Made by a program: the position numbers and the translations under genes
Shown: positions 1-15,169 of the stretch, piece by piece
Numbering within the stretch: position 1 is the first letter of the stretch
How the letters are laid out: each line of letters starts with the position of its first letter
Origin: the human T2T-CHM13v2.0 reference genome, Homo sapiens
Length of the DNA: 64,000 nt
Direction: 5' to 3' (one strand)
Assembly (NCBI RefSeq): GCF_009914755.1
Contig: NC_060936.1
The notes under the pieces: model-generated
Told to the model about the DNA's origin: nothing
Databases searched by the model: none
What the model saw: the letters and a program-made list of their open reading frames with translations, nothing else

Positions 1-370
1 AGCAGTTATGACAATACACTCTCCCGCTTGTAGTATGTTTAAGTTCCAGTTGCTCCTCATCCTTTTCAACACTTGCCCTTATCTTTTTCAGTTTAACCAT
101 TCTGGTAGTGTGTAATGGCATTACATTGTGCTTTTCACTTGCATTAGATTACTACTGAGATCAAGTACCTTTGGATATGTGTGTTGGCTTTCTGGATTCT
201 CTTTTTTGTGATGTAATTTTTTCCTATTGTTTGTCAATTATTTCTATTTGGGTGCCCAAGTTTATTTTACTGATTTCTAAGAGTTTTTTATACATTCTAG
301 AGATGAATTTTTGTAGAATATGAAATTGAAGATATCTTCTGCCATTCTGTGGGTTACCTTTGCATTTGAT
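1..370 (-). mobile_element. Old L1M LINE fragment (ORF2 3' region)
   Basis: Degenerate antisense L1 phrases such as ccattctggtagtgtgtaatggcattacattgtgctttt and atatcttctgccattctgtgggtt; boundaries approximate. Confidence 0.6.
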
Positions 371-3019
371 AATTTAGCATTTTTATTATTCAGAATAGAG
401 GCCAAACTGTAGTGTAGTAAGAAAACATGCAAACAAGCAGTCAAAAAAAAGAAAAAGCCAAAAACCTACCAAAATAAAATAGATGTTTATTCTCATCTGT
501 GTAACTGGCTAAAATTAGGAAGCCCAGGCTTGCAAGGCCCTGTTGCACAAAGTGATTTGCTGTGCCAGGTTACTTCCGTCTTATTTACTCCACAGGTTTT
601 ATCTTCATCAGCCTGGTCAAAGCTGGATTTCCATCACACATGTGCTCACTCCACGGAACGTGCAAAAGGTCAAGACATACAAACTCAGAGTTTTTAAAAT
701 CAAGAATTGAAAGTGGTCCACTAGCTTCTGTTCATAGGACATTGAGCCCCAGATTTGGCACATGACCGTAAGTAACTGACACAGCTACTGGGAATGTGTA
801 ATCTCTCGCTGGATATTCATATGTCCAGCTTAAACTCTGTTTCTATGAAGGAAAATGAATAATGGATTTTGGGGTGGTAACTATCAGGCTACTATCGCCA
901 TCTATTTAGGCAAGCACAGTGATAAGTAATTGGGGAAAGGACTTACAATCTAGTGGAGAGAGATGTCTAGGATATTCAAAAGCTATATAATACCAGTTAT
1001 TATGAAATAACCAATAAATAGAGGTAAACGTTTTAGGGATTAAAAAAAGGAGTGATTTAGGTGGAGAATTTGAGAAGGTTTTGTAAAAATAGTAGTTTGT
1101 GGTGATAGAGAAAGCACAGAATTTCAATCTCAGCAACTTGCAGAATGTGAGTGAAGCATTCAGTAAACTTGAAGCTTCATAAGGTGTTGTGGGTAGGGTT
1201 AGAAAACCAGGCAGGAAAGGTGTGTTGGAATCAAACCACAAAGAGTCTTGACTATCATGTGTAAAGAATGTGAACTTTCTTCAACAATCAATGGCAAATA
1301 AGTGAAGCCTTTTGAAGTACTATAAACTTCAGTTTTACAGACAACTGTTTTAGCCTCCACTTTTCCATACCCACTGAAGCAATCCACTAGTATGTGGAAA
1401 TCTAGCTTTAATATTTTTGTTCCTTCAAATAATTAAGATAAACTCAATGTAAGGCAATAGTTTCATTCCAACTACCCCAGGGAGTATTGGAGTGGAGGAA
1501 GGAGTGCCATATGGTACAGCCAAGAAAATCTTCATGAGAACGGGAACACTTCTTGAAAAGAGTATTCATGAAGATGTAAATAACCTAAAATGAAAGTGGG
1601 CTCCAACGTAATATTTTGATCTGAAGCTAAAGACTGATTAAGATTTTCTTGAACTTAAACTTGAATCAGTGTGATTATCAAGGGGTGTAATTAAGAGTCA
1701 CATCCTTTCTAGGTCTGTGGGGAAATTCCCATCACCATTGATGAGAATTGTGCATAAAGATCATGGGAAGAACATGGCCCTTGGGTTTCCTCTTAAACAG
1801 CCTGTAGGATTTGTTATGGTTACTTTAATGCACTGGTCCTTGGAGACACTAACTACAGTTCTGCCTCTACCTTCCATGCTGAAAATAACAAAAGTTGGGA
1901 GTGGGAGCCCCAGGAGATGTAGATATCTTTTCATTCTTTCTTCTTTATCTACAATTGATTTATTATCAAAGGGAAAACTGGCTCCATGAATGCCAAGTCG
2001 CTAAACAACAACAACAAAATGAATCCAAATATTGGAGGGGAGAAAATGCTGCCCTATGTTCATTAAGCGAGTAACTTTTCTGCAAGTTAGACTTTCTTTG
2101 GGAACTAAGGTCATTTCCTTCAGCTGCTGGGAAACTGTCGGTTCTGAGACACACTTATGTGTCAGAACATTTTGGCCAGGGATATTTAGAAATGTCTGTG
2201 AGCAAGGGCAACAATGATTTTCTTTAGAGAGAGTCTTGAGCTGAGATGCAAACAATAAGGAATTGTCGAAATAAAACTATGGTATGGGGATAAAGCAGGA
2301 AAAATGATAGTTCTAAGGACAATGTTCTATTTTCTCATCCAGCTCTCAGCAAAGCTGTATGTGCGACAGTTCTAGGTCTTCCGTTGTCTTCCCATGCCTA
2401 CTCAGTAACTAGCAGTATGTTTTGATTTTGATTTTGAGATGAAAGTGTCTCTTTTCAAATTCTGGCATGTATTCCAGTTTTTCTTACCTGATACTTTTCA
2501 TCTCTGATTACTTACTACCAGAATCAGCATGTACCCGGGCTATCAATTTCTGCTCCTCCTTAAAGAAAATAGACACACCTAGTTATTTTTGGCAGATGAT
2601 AAATGTCAGACATGGCAGACATTCAATATATATTACTAAATGAATAAATAAATGATAGACAAGTGCAAGCAGAAATCTCTGTATGCAAAATGTTTCCTTT
2701 TTACACGTTGTAGTATTTTACACATGACAATGTTTGAGGACAGGCAAGTGTCTGTTAAAGGTGTCAAAGGATCAGGAAAAGCAACTGGGAGTGGGCAGAT
2801 ATAAGGGCCTCTGCTGCAGAGGTTTTAAGAGATCAGATTCATGTTGCAAAGTGCTTTTATCTCTGTCCTAGAAAAGAAGAGTAATGCAATGACTCAGTCA
2901 TTTACTAAGAAGCAAATTAGTTGAAGGTAATCCTTCTTTTTTTTCTTTTATTGCCTTTTGCCTTTTTTGAAATAAAGGAAATCCTTTATTTCAAGTGTTT
3001 GTCCTGGGCCACTGAATTA

Positions 3020-3235
3020 TACTCTTTTAAGCCCTTTATATATGTTAACTCACTTAATCCTCACAACAAATTTGTGAGGTAAATACTATAATCATTCTGA
3101 TTTTATATATGGGGAAACTGAGGCACAAAGAAGTTAATTTTGTCAAGGCCTTACAGATGCTAAATGTTAACATTGAAATTGACACCTAGGGAGTCTGGCT
3201 TCTGGGTCTGTTTTTATAACTATTACACTGTACTT
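3020..3235. mobile_element. MIR SINE
   Basis: MIR core aatcctcacaacaa...ggggaaactgaggcacaaagaagttaa. Confidence 0.7.
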
Positions 3236-3482
3236 CCTCACGAGGTGACACTCGAGCAGAGACTAAATAATGACAGGGGAGACTCATGAGGCTTTCTGAG
3301 GGAAAACTCTCCAGGTAGAAGCAAATCTATGATGCAGGAGCCATATGTCTCTTTCTCAAAGAGCAGAAAGGCCAGTGTGGTAAAGTGTAGGAGTCTCTGA
3401 GGGGAAGAGCGCTAACAATGAGATGTAGTGGCTTGTTGGCCTTGGTAAGGATTTTGGTTTGCATTTTAAGAAAAATAAAAAG

Positions 3483-4047
<565 letters not shown>

Positions 4048-4699
4048 TTAGCAAAAATAGGTCAGAAAATCATTTTAATACTCTCTAAAACATTTTCAGA
4101 CTTTTAGAAATTGTTGATAGAACCTTTTGTTTGGTGTGGCTGTCTCTAGCTAAATGATGTCCCTGTCTGAGCCACAGCTTGACATAGGGAGCCCCTCATA
4201 ACCTTTCGTTGACATGCCCATTATATTGACAGTCATTAGGTCCTTGACACTCAGCGTTTAGTTGCAGCTGGAAGGTGGCTGGGGGAACTTCCCGTACTCC
4301 ATAGCTAGCTTTGCCCCTGGTGCCAGGGAATTCTCTAGACCCTGGACTCAGAAATTTTGCATCTCAGCTCCACTATGTCCTGACATCACCTGTTGCACAG
4401 CCTGTGTCACCTCTACAAAGTTGGGCTACTACTGAGCAGCAGGAAGGCACTATCCATGTTCTTACTGCTGGATTGTGTGGCAGCTACCTCTGGGTCTGCT
4501 CAGCTGCCCTGGGGTGGGAAGGTGGGAACCTGCATCTGTTCCAGAACTGCTTTGAGGTCTGATATCCACCTCCATAGTTGCTGTTGGGTTAAGTTTTATT
4601 AAGATAGTCTTTAGCAACCTAGACAGAAATGTTTTAATATTCAAACAATTGGTACAGATGCATGCATATATACAGTATCCTTGCTTGGACTATGAAGGA

Positions 4700-4985
4700 A
4701 GTGGTGGAGTAAAGAGAATTGGTCATATTCTGGATATATTTTGAAGGCAGAGCCGAGAGGTAATTGCTAATGGATGGCATGTAGGGTATGAAAGAGGCAG
4801 CAAGAATGACTTCCAGGTCATGGCTTGATGCCTGAGTGATTGGAAGAAAGACTGGGAGGAGGGCAGCTTTTGTGAGTGAGAATGAAGTATTTGGTTTTAG
4901 ACCTAGTAAGTTTGAAATGCTTGTTCAATCTCCAAGTGGAGCCTCAGGTGCCTGTTTGATCTGTGAGTCTGGAGTTCAGAGGAAC
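4700..4985. mobile_element. L2 LINE fragment
   Basis: ttctggatatattttgaaggcagagcc and gtaagtttgaaatgcttg...gagtctggagttcagagga resemble L2. Confidence 0.55.
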
Positions 4986-5636
4986 AGTTAGAACCCTTTC
5001 AGGAATGATTAACTCAATGACGTGATAAACAGTTTCTGTTCACCTGGTTGGAATCATGAGTCTTAAGATAGAACATTTCATAATTACCTATTTCAATGTT
5101 CATAAATACAAACCCCCAAATCTGTGTGAAAGATTTCACAATAGCTCAGCTTTCTGATGTTTAGCTATAAAATGTAAGAATAAAAGCATATATAGTTTAT
5201 TAACCTAGTACTTCTCTCTCCTGTCTCATCCCTTCCTTGAAGAAGCAGGCACTAAATATGCTTAAATGAAGCTTTGATAGAAAATCTCACTTTAGCAAAT
5301 GAGATGATGCTAAATCTATAAATGCCAAGCCTAAATTCAGATACTACTGGGAAGGAAGTATAGTTTTAAGATGGGAGATTGAAGATTAAAAAAAAAAGCT
5401 TATAGGATTTTTATGGTATGTCAGGCTTAGATTGAAAAACCAAGAGGACATTTTAAAACCTGAAATAAAATCAAAACAAAGCAAAAAAAAGCTAGTTTTG
5501 GAGCAAACAGACTTGAGAGAGAGGAATCTCAGAGTGAGTGTTATCACTTTGACATCTCTTTTACATGGCTCTAAAAACATCTTGAGTTTTAACTTGGGAT
5601 GATTTTGTGAAAGAGGAATCACAAAACTACAGTGAG

Positions 5637-6404
5637 TACAAAGAAAATGTTTTAATAAAATATTCAATACAGTATTTCCCTGTGGGGATTCTAGAAGAAG
5701 AAGTGAGATGCTGAAGGAAGTGACTGTCACTGTGGGGAACCCAGTCCTAAATGAGACAAGACTTAGCTTTCCTTCAAAGACACCTTGTCCAGCTCTGCCC
5801 AACAGGCCGCAATGAGATGGACCAGGAAACCTTCAGGAGTCACCGACAGACAAAGCGAATGAACTGAATCCACTTACAAACAGATCCACTTAAGCAGTTT
5901 TTGCCTCAGGCTTCCTACCAAATGCAGTTATCATGGAGACAGGAGAAGGCTGATGTACAAAACGCATTAACATGATTTTGTTTTTTCCCCTCCTATTCTA
6001 TTTGCATTTCCAGAGTGATCATTAGTAACACAGCGATCTGGGTTTCACCAACTAAGCATTTCAAACAGACTCATTTCTTGACCAAATTTTGTGCTCAAGG
6101 CCTGTTACTATTAGTGTAATTCTTGTGTTTCAAATTGAGAGAAACGAGCATACCCACCCCTGCACATAACTTAAGTATATCACTGCGAATTCTACATGTA
6201 TGAAACAAGCATAAGCCATGAATCCTCCACTTGGTGTGTTACTTTTTATTACTACAGAAAGTGCTGTTGCTTGAATATGAATATCATTTAGTGTAATAAA
6301 ATGTAGAAGGACACATTATTGTGTTCCAGCTCTGGTTCAGTCTGGCAGTGCCCAGCATAAACCGTCAAAACTTGATAAAAGACTGTCTTGGGGTTATCTT
6401 GCTG
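5637..6404 (-). other. KCNJ8: KCNJ8 3' UTR (3' end inferred)
   Basis: Follows the TGA at 6405; ATTAAA at 5655-5650 (minus strand) is followed by GU/U-rich sequence. Confidence 0.7.
5650..5655 (-). terminator. KCNJ8: Candidate main KCNJ8 poly(A) signal ATTAAA
   Basis: Plus strand tttaat; downstream minus-strand tgtactcactgtagttttgtg is a GU-rich element. Confidence 0.6.
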
Positions 6405-7379
<975 letters not shown>

Positions 7380-7977
7380 TCATTTTCTTCCACCAAAGAC
7401 TATTAAATGCTTGCAGAAAGACTAGCCAACTTAAACTTGTAAAATGCCTAATTCTAAACTGTGTTTAGAACAGTCTCTCTCTCTCTTGCATGCATCTACC
7501 TCCAGACTTCTGGAGATTAACATTCTATTAATTAAGTTCCCTTAAGCTAAGGCCTAATTCTATTAACATTCTATTAATGTTTCATAGGTCACATAGTGAT
7601 GGGCCTAATTTGTGTAAAAGATTAATATATTTTCATATATATGCATATTTTACCTTGCGAAATACTTCACTTTCACAAAGGCACAGTTTACTTTGTAAAA
7701 CTTTCTACCAGGTAGATGTTTATTATTTATTGCGTATCTATGTTTAGGAGACTTGAGTCATATGGAAGGTACTGAGTACTGAGTGAATTTATTATTTATA
7801 ATCTTTAAAATCATATTCATTAGCTAATACTTATTTTGTGTCTCATATAGAAATAGCACAGTGCTAAAAAAACTAGTATAAAACACATTATTCCAAACAA
7901 CTAGTATTTTTAATAGAAGGGAGTTGTTTTCCATTTGGAAAGAAAAGTGTCTTATTGATGATCTAATTTTGTTAAGT

Positions 7978-8334
7978 CAGGGGTCCCCAACCCCCCCCCC
8001 CCCCACCTCCAGGCCAGGGACCAGTGCTGGTCCATGGCTTGTCAGGAACTAGGCCACACAGCAGGAGGTGAGTAGTGGGTAAGCCAGCATTACCGCCAGA
8101 GCTCTGCCTCCAGTCAGGTTAGTGGAGGCACTGGATTCTCATGGTATAGTGAACCTTATTGTGAATTGCACATGTGGGAGATATAGGTTATCCCTCCTTA
8201 TGAGAATCTAATGCCTCATGATCTGAGGTGGGACAGTTTTATCCCCACACCATCCCCATCCCCCACCCCCATCAGTGGAAAAATTGGCGTTCCGCAAAAC
8301 CAGTCCCTGGCTCCAAAAAGGTTGGGGAGCACTA
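7978..8334 (+). mobile_element. MER1B (hAT-Charlie MITE)
   Basis: caggggtccccaacccc ... aaaaggttggggagcacta termini and a MER1B-type interior. Confidence 0.85.
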
Positions 8335-8418
8335 CTCTAGGTGTTCTGGAGAATACTGAAATGATTAAAGGGAGAACTAGGGGCAGAAACTAGTAAATGA
8401 CTGTGTCAAGGTCACATA

Positions 8419-11153
8419 CAGATATGCCTTATTTTATTCTTCTCTGCTGTAATGTATTTTGCAGATACTGCATTTTTATAAATTGAAGGTCTGTGGCAAC
8501 CTTCATCCAGCCAGTCTATTATCACAATTTTTTCAAAACGTGCTCACTTTGTGTCTGTGTGTCACATTTTGGTAATTCTCACAAAATTTCAAACTTTTTC
8601 ATTATTATTACATCAGTTACCATGATGTGTGATTAGTGATATTTGATGTCATTATTGTAATTGTTTAGGGCAGCAGTCCCCAGCCTTTTTGGCAACAGGG
8701 ACTGGTTTTGTAGAAGACAATACTGGGGGGTGTGTGTGGGGGGAAATGGTTTCGAGATGAAACTGTTCCACCTCAGATCATCAGGAATTAGATTCTTACA
8801 AGGAGCCCGCAGCCTAGATCCCTCACCTTCGCAGTTCACCGTAGGGTTCACACTCCTATGAGAATCTAATGCCCCCACTGATGTGACAGGAGGCAGAGCT
8901 CAGGAGGTAATGTTTGCTCCCCCACTGCTCACCTCCTGCTATGTGGCCTGGTTTCTAACAGGCCACAGACTAGTACTGGTCTGCAGCCCAAGGATTGGGA
9001 ACCCCTAGTTTGGGGCACCATGAGCCATGCCCATATAAGATGGCAAACAATCGATAAATGTGTGTGTTCTGAGTCCTCCACTGACCAGCTGTTCCCTTGT
9101 TTCTTCCCCTTTCATCAGGATTTCCTATTCCCTGAGACACAGCACTATTGAAATTAGGTCAGTTAATAGCCCTACAAAGAACACTAAGTGTTCGAGTAAA
9201 GGAAATATTCGCTGTCTCTCACTTTAAATCAAAAGCAAAAATGATTAAGCTGGTGAGGAAGGCAAGTCAAAAGCCACGATAGGCCAAAGTTTAGGCCTGT
9301 TGTGCCAAACAGCCAAGTTGTGAACAGTGGAAAGAAAAAGTTTTGAAAAAAATTCAAAGTGCTACTCCAGTGAAGACACAAATGATAAGACAGCAAAATA
9401 GCCTCATTGCTGAGATGCAGAAAATTTGAGTGGTCTGGATAAAAGACCAACTAGGTCACAACATTCCCCTAAGCCAAAGCCTGAATTAGAGCAAGGCCCT
9501 AACTCTCTTCATTTCTATGAAGGATGAGAGGTGAGGAAGCTGCAAAAGAAAAGTTTAAAGCTAGAAGAGATTGGTTCAGGAGGCTTAAGAAAAGAAGCCA
9601 CCTTCAAAACAGAAAAGTGCTAGGTGAAGCACCAAGTACTGATGGAGGAGCTGCAGCAAGTTATCCAAAAGATCCAGCTAAGAAAATTAGTAAAGGTGGC
9701 TGCACTAAACAACAGATTTTCAGTGTTGAAAATGAAACAGCTTTCTATTGGAAGAAGATGTTACCCAGGACTTTCATAACTAGATAGAAGTCAATGCTTG
9801 GCTTCAAAGCATCAAAGTTCAGGCTAACTCTTGTTAGGAACTAATGCAGCTGGTAACATCAAGTTGAAGCCAATGGTCATTGATCAATCTGAAAATCGTA
9901 GAGCCCCAAAGTATTATGCTAAATTGACTCTGCCTATGCTCTATAAGTAGAACTATAAAGGCTAGAGGACAGCATATCTGTCTGCAGCATGATTTATTAA
10001 ATATTTGAAGCCCACTGCTGAGACTTACTGCTCAGAAAAAAAGATTCCTCCAAAATATTATTGCCCATTGACAATGCTCCTAGTCACTCAAGTGCTCTGA
10101 TGGAGATGTAGAAGGAGTTGATTGCTGTTTTTATGCTTATTAACACAACATCCATTCTACAGCCATGAGTCAGGGAGTAATTTCGACTTTTAAGGCCTAT
10201 TACTTAAGAAATTTACATTTCATAAGGCTATTGCTGACATAGATAGTGAGTCCTGTGATGGAGCTGGGCAAAGTAAATTTAAAACCATCTGGAAAGGATT
10301 CACCATTCTAGATGCCATTAAGAACATTTGTGATTCACGGGAGGAGGTCAGAATATTAACATTAACAGGAGTTGGGAAGAAGTTCATTCTAATTCTCATG
10401 AATGAGTTTGAGGGGTTCAATACTTCAGTGGAGGGAGTCACTGCACATGTGGTAGAAATAGCAAGAGAATTAGAATTACAAGGGCATTCTGAAGATGTGA
10501 CTGAATTGCTGCAATCTCATGATAAAACTTGGATGAATGAGGAGTTGCTTCTTCTGGACAAGCAACCAAAGTGGTTTCTTGAGATGGAATCTACTCTTGG
10601 TGAAGATGCTGTGAACACTGTTGAAATGACAACAAAGAATTCAGAAGATTACATAAATTTAGTTGATAAAGCAGTGGCAGGTTTTGAGAAGATTAGCTCC
10701 AGTTTTGAAAGAAGTTCTACTGTGGGTAAAATGCTATCAAACAGCATCACACATTACAGATAAATCTTTTGTGAAAAGAAAAGTCAATTGTTGCAGCAAA
10801 CTCTTCATTGTCATATTTTAAGAAGTTGCCACAGCCACCCCAACCTTGAGCAACCACTACCCAGATCAATCAGCAGCCATCAATATCAAGGCTAGCCCCT
10901 CCACCAGCAAAAAGACCACATCTTGCAGAAGGCTCAGATGAACATTAGCATTTTTTAGCATTAAAATATTTTTTGAATTGAGATATGTATATTTTTCAGC
11001 CATAATGGTATTACACACTTACTAGATTACAATATAATATAAATGTTTTATATGCACTGGGAAACAAAAGGTTTGTGTAACTGTCTTTATTTTGATATTT
11101 GCTTTATTGCAATGGTCTGGAACCAAAACTGCAATATCTCTAAGGTATACCTG
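8419..11153 (+). mobile_element. Near full-length Tigger1 (TcMar) with decayed transposase, interrupted by MER1B
   Basis: TA-flanked terminal inverted repeats cagatatgcct / aggtatacctg; transposase remnants in ORFs 9524-9787 (ETAFYWKKM) and 10398-10763; about 2.39 kb after removing the insert. Confidence 0.92.
8671..9007 (-). mobile_element. MER1B nested in Tigger1
   Basis: Reverse-complement MER1B; 8-bp target-site duplication (TSD) gtttaggg / gtttgggg (7 of 8 match). Confidence 0.88.
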
Positions 11154-11239
11154 TAATTAATATTATACTAACTTGAATTTTCTCACTTTGGCCTAATCCT
11201 GTGAAAGAAGCAGAGGGAAGGAACCAAGAAGTTGTAGGA

Positions 11240-11390
11240 TTTTCTTGGGAAGCTTTTTCAAATTGCACATCTACTCCCTATCTTAGTGAATAGACATTGA
11301 TTTGGTAGGCTGAGGTTGGATCTGGGTAAGATGCTTTTGAAAAGTTCTCAGGGGATTCTGATTTACTCCCATATGGGAAGCACCACATTT
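11240..11390. mobile_element. MER5-like hAT fragment
   Basis: gggaagctttttcaaa...aaaagttctcaggggattctgat...gggaagcaccac. Confidence 0.45.
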
Positions 11391-13923
11391 GTTACTATCA
11401 ATTTATAACACTTAATTTCACAACGAGTACTGCTGTGGCTTCTTCATAGAAACAATATTAGTTCTATCTTTGCCCCCAACCACAATTTCAAACTTCTCTA
11501 ACTTTATAGAAGACAAGCCTACACATTAGCAATCTCTCAAAGTATTACCTATTTATTAATGCTACAGACAGCAGGTGAGAAAAATGTTTAAACATTTGAG
11601 TACTTGGTATGTACAGTGCACTTTGGTAGAAAATTATGAGGGATAAGCAAGAATACATGGATTATTCTTTTGATTAGCTTTTAAGTGAAGTGCGAAAGTT
11701 GCCTTTCTCTTTTGTTGCTAAAATGATTCATGGAAAACTACAGTAATTGCCTATTGCACTAACTACCCACAAAAAGATATCTGGTATAGCCCCAAAACAT
11801 GGCAAGAATAAAAATGGACCCCAGAGAAGGGGTATGGATACAACACTGATTTCTGATAATGTATCCATACCTCAGAGAGCAGTCTAATGATAAATATCCC
11901 AAATAGTTTGTTTTAATGGTTTAAGAGACTATTCATGAGCCACATTTTGTATATTGTTTATGAATTCTAAATATTACATATGGTACAAGACCCAGCTTTT
12001 TACTGACACTTGCTATGCTAAACAATCTCAAGAGATAAAAGTGTTTAGCTGTTTCTTTGTTCTGTTACAGAAAGAGGTAGGCTGGATAATATCGAGAAAG
12101 AGGAAATATATTGGTCTATTTTTTGACTCATATTAAATGGAGTCAAAGAGACTCCTTGCAGGAGAAAATACATGGAGGAGAAAATGAGTCACCCTAAGAG
12201 AAGAATGGTCAAACATTATTTGGAAATACTGGTGAATATTCAATGAAAAATGTTGTTTCCAATTTTAGTGATATGGTTGGACATTGAATTCACAAAGGGA
12301 AAAATGCAAAGAATTAGAATTATTATTAGTCACCTTTTACATTCTCATTGGGAGAGAATGAAGATTTTTAAGGTTTGCTGTTACCATTTCTTTTTTCTCT
12401 TTTTATCAGTATCATATAATTTAGATTAAAACTTTATTTTGATATGAAAATGATTCACCAATTATCAGTGCCAGTAAGTTTCTTAAAGATATATATTATA
12501 GATAATGATATTTGATCTTAGAGTATCTATTGAACGTTTTAACGGATATTTTAAGTATTGTGTTTTCTTTATATCTGGTATACTGATGATCTATGTTTTC
12601 CAGCTGCATTTTCTTTGAGACAACAGTTTGTGAGAAGTTTGAAAAAAGAAAATAATATCTAATCAATATTAAAAGCAATAGATCAATTCAATACAGTTTT
12701 TGCTGCTCAGAATTTGAGCTGAAATCTGTGGTGTGTGATCTCTGCGCACTAATGCTGCCTTCCTCCTTGAAAGGCTGGCATTGTAGTTCCTTAGCAAATG
12801 GAAGGGTGGACAAGTTCACAGTCTGGGGTCCACTTTCTGCAGTGATATGCTAGCTTAATAAGGTTTCAGGGTCACTAGAGGTCCCATTCTTTACAGTTTC
12901 CTGGTATCATAATGCTTTTTCAAGTTTCTTTGCTTTGTGAATTATGTGAATTTAAAATGTTCTTTTAAAAATGTTTTGGAAAATTTTCCAGTATTATTAC
13001 TACTCTTTTGCTTCACAGTGAACATCTTGGTAATTGATATAATTTATCTCTTTCCACCTCCCCCCGAAAAAAACAAAGAAATCACCTCAACTAAATGTTC
13101 TTAAACCATGTGAAAGCAAGAGAGGTGAATCACTGAAATCAATTTACCTGTCTTTGAGATACTTATGATATGAGAAAGAAGCCAAAGTTAGGTAATCTAA
13201 GAACTATCTTGTCCCTATTCTATTTAAACTTTGAAAGAAGAGTACAAAATTAAATTGCTTCTATATAACCCCTTCCATAAAATTTTGGACTAATTGTCAT
13301 TAAAAATTAGCAATTTCTAGTTCTGAATCTTAGCATAACTTTTAATTTCTGAATCCAGTGCAAGCAATCAGCTATGTTATGATAATCTCGATAAAGAAGG
13401 GATGATATTTATTTCATTTTTTAGTAGATTTTTAATCTAGGACACTCTCCCCCTAGGGCCTTCCCATTTTTTTCTTATTATTTCTGAAAATGTCATGGGT
13501 TAGAAGAGTCAAGAAAAATGTCCACTAGCACAATATTTTTTGTTGATCAGAGATATTTACCTGTGGGCACTGAAACTATGGACAACAGCTTTTTCATACT
13601 GAACTCAATGTGTGCGCTTTTGGAGTAAAGCACTCTGTGTAATCCTTTGAATTACAATTTTTTTTTGATAACTGGTATAACATTTTCAAGGCTAGTCCAA
13701 AGGACTGAAGCTCAGGTTTTCAGAGACTCTTCTCCATAAAGCTGCATTTAAAAAATACTTACTGTGTTAGGTGTTGTTCTTTATTGTGCTTTTTTGTTTC
13801 TGAAGATTCTAAAACAAACCCTTTATTTCACTTTCAATTAAATAACAGAATGATAAGAGAAAGGGCATTTTGACATTTTTTCTCTACTGTTTTCAACCCC
13901 TGCCTCATCCCACTACATTCTTA

Positions 13924-14368
<445 letters not shown>

Positions 14369-15169
14369 CTGCACGAGGGAAACATTTATTAAAAACTTAA
14401 AAACCCACCCTATCCTCACCTCTTGGGTCCTTGTATTCAAGGATATGTCTGTACATGTGCGAGGTGACATGCAAAACCAAAAATGTGATTTTTACTAACC
14501 CAAACATGAATCTAGCTTGTGCTTGAGTTCTGGGATCTCAGAAAAATTACTTGGTTTTAATAAAAAGAACTGTTTCAATTTTTCTTATTCTGAGTACATA
14601 TGGACATAGCCTTAGTTAAACAAAACCAGGAGCCTTCCGGTAAACAGCAGGCTCAAAGATAATTCTCTGCGATTAACCGCGTCTGTAAATTAGTGCAAGG
14701 CTACAGCACGTGGCGTCAGTCATGAAGATTAAGACCAGTTGGGTGCACGATCTACTTATTAAAGTACTTAGATGATGTAGCAATATTAAAAGTAAAGAGA
14801 GAAAATTCTTCCTCCGTTATTTTTAGAAGTAAGCAAAGGCCATGACTCCTTGCGCAGTCTAAATAACGTGTAATCTGACAAAATTATAATAAGTGGTGTG
14901 CTATAGAATTTATAAGTTATAAGAATTATTTTAAATGCGAAAGAAGTATGAGTTGCATCTAAAAAGAGTTAAAAAGGTTCCTGTGGAAATCATAATATTA
15001 TAAATTGAAAACTTTTTTTTTTTTTTTTTTTTACAACGAAGGAATCAAATATACAAGGTGCGGGGGGGAAAAAACCCAAGACAACAGCCTGCGGGTTGCA
15101 GTAGGGAGTGTGCCCCGAAAAGTCCATCCATCACTGCAAGCCTCTGCGGTGTTTTGCATTTTAAATCAT

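Noticed and set aside
5386-5802. 138-aa minus-strand ORF downstream of KCNJ8
   Set aside because: Non-ATG start, low-complexity composition, spans the probable poly(A) site, no recognisable homology
9524-10763. Possible domesticated TIGD-like transposase
   Set aside because: Multiple stops and frameshifts; only short remnants are open
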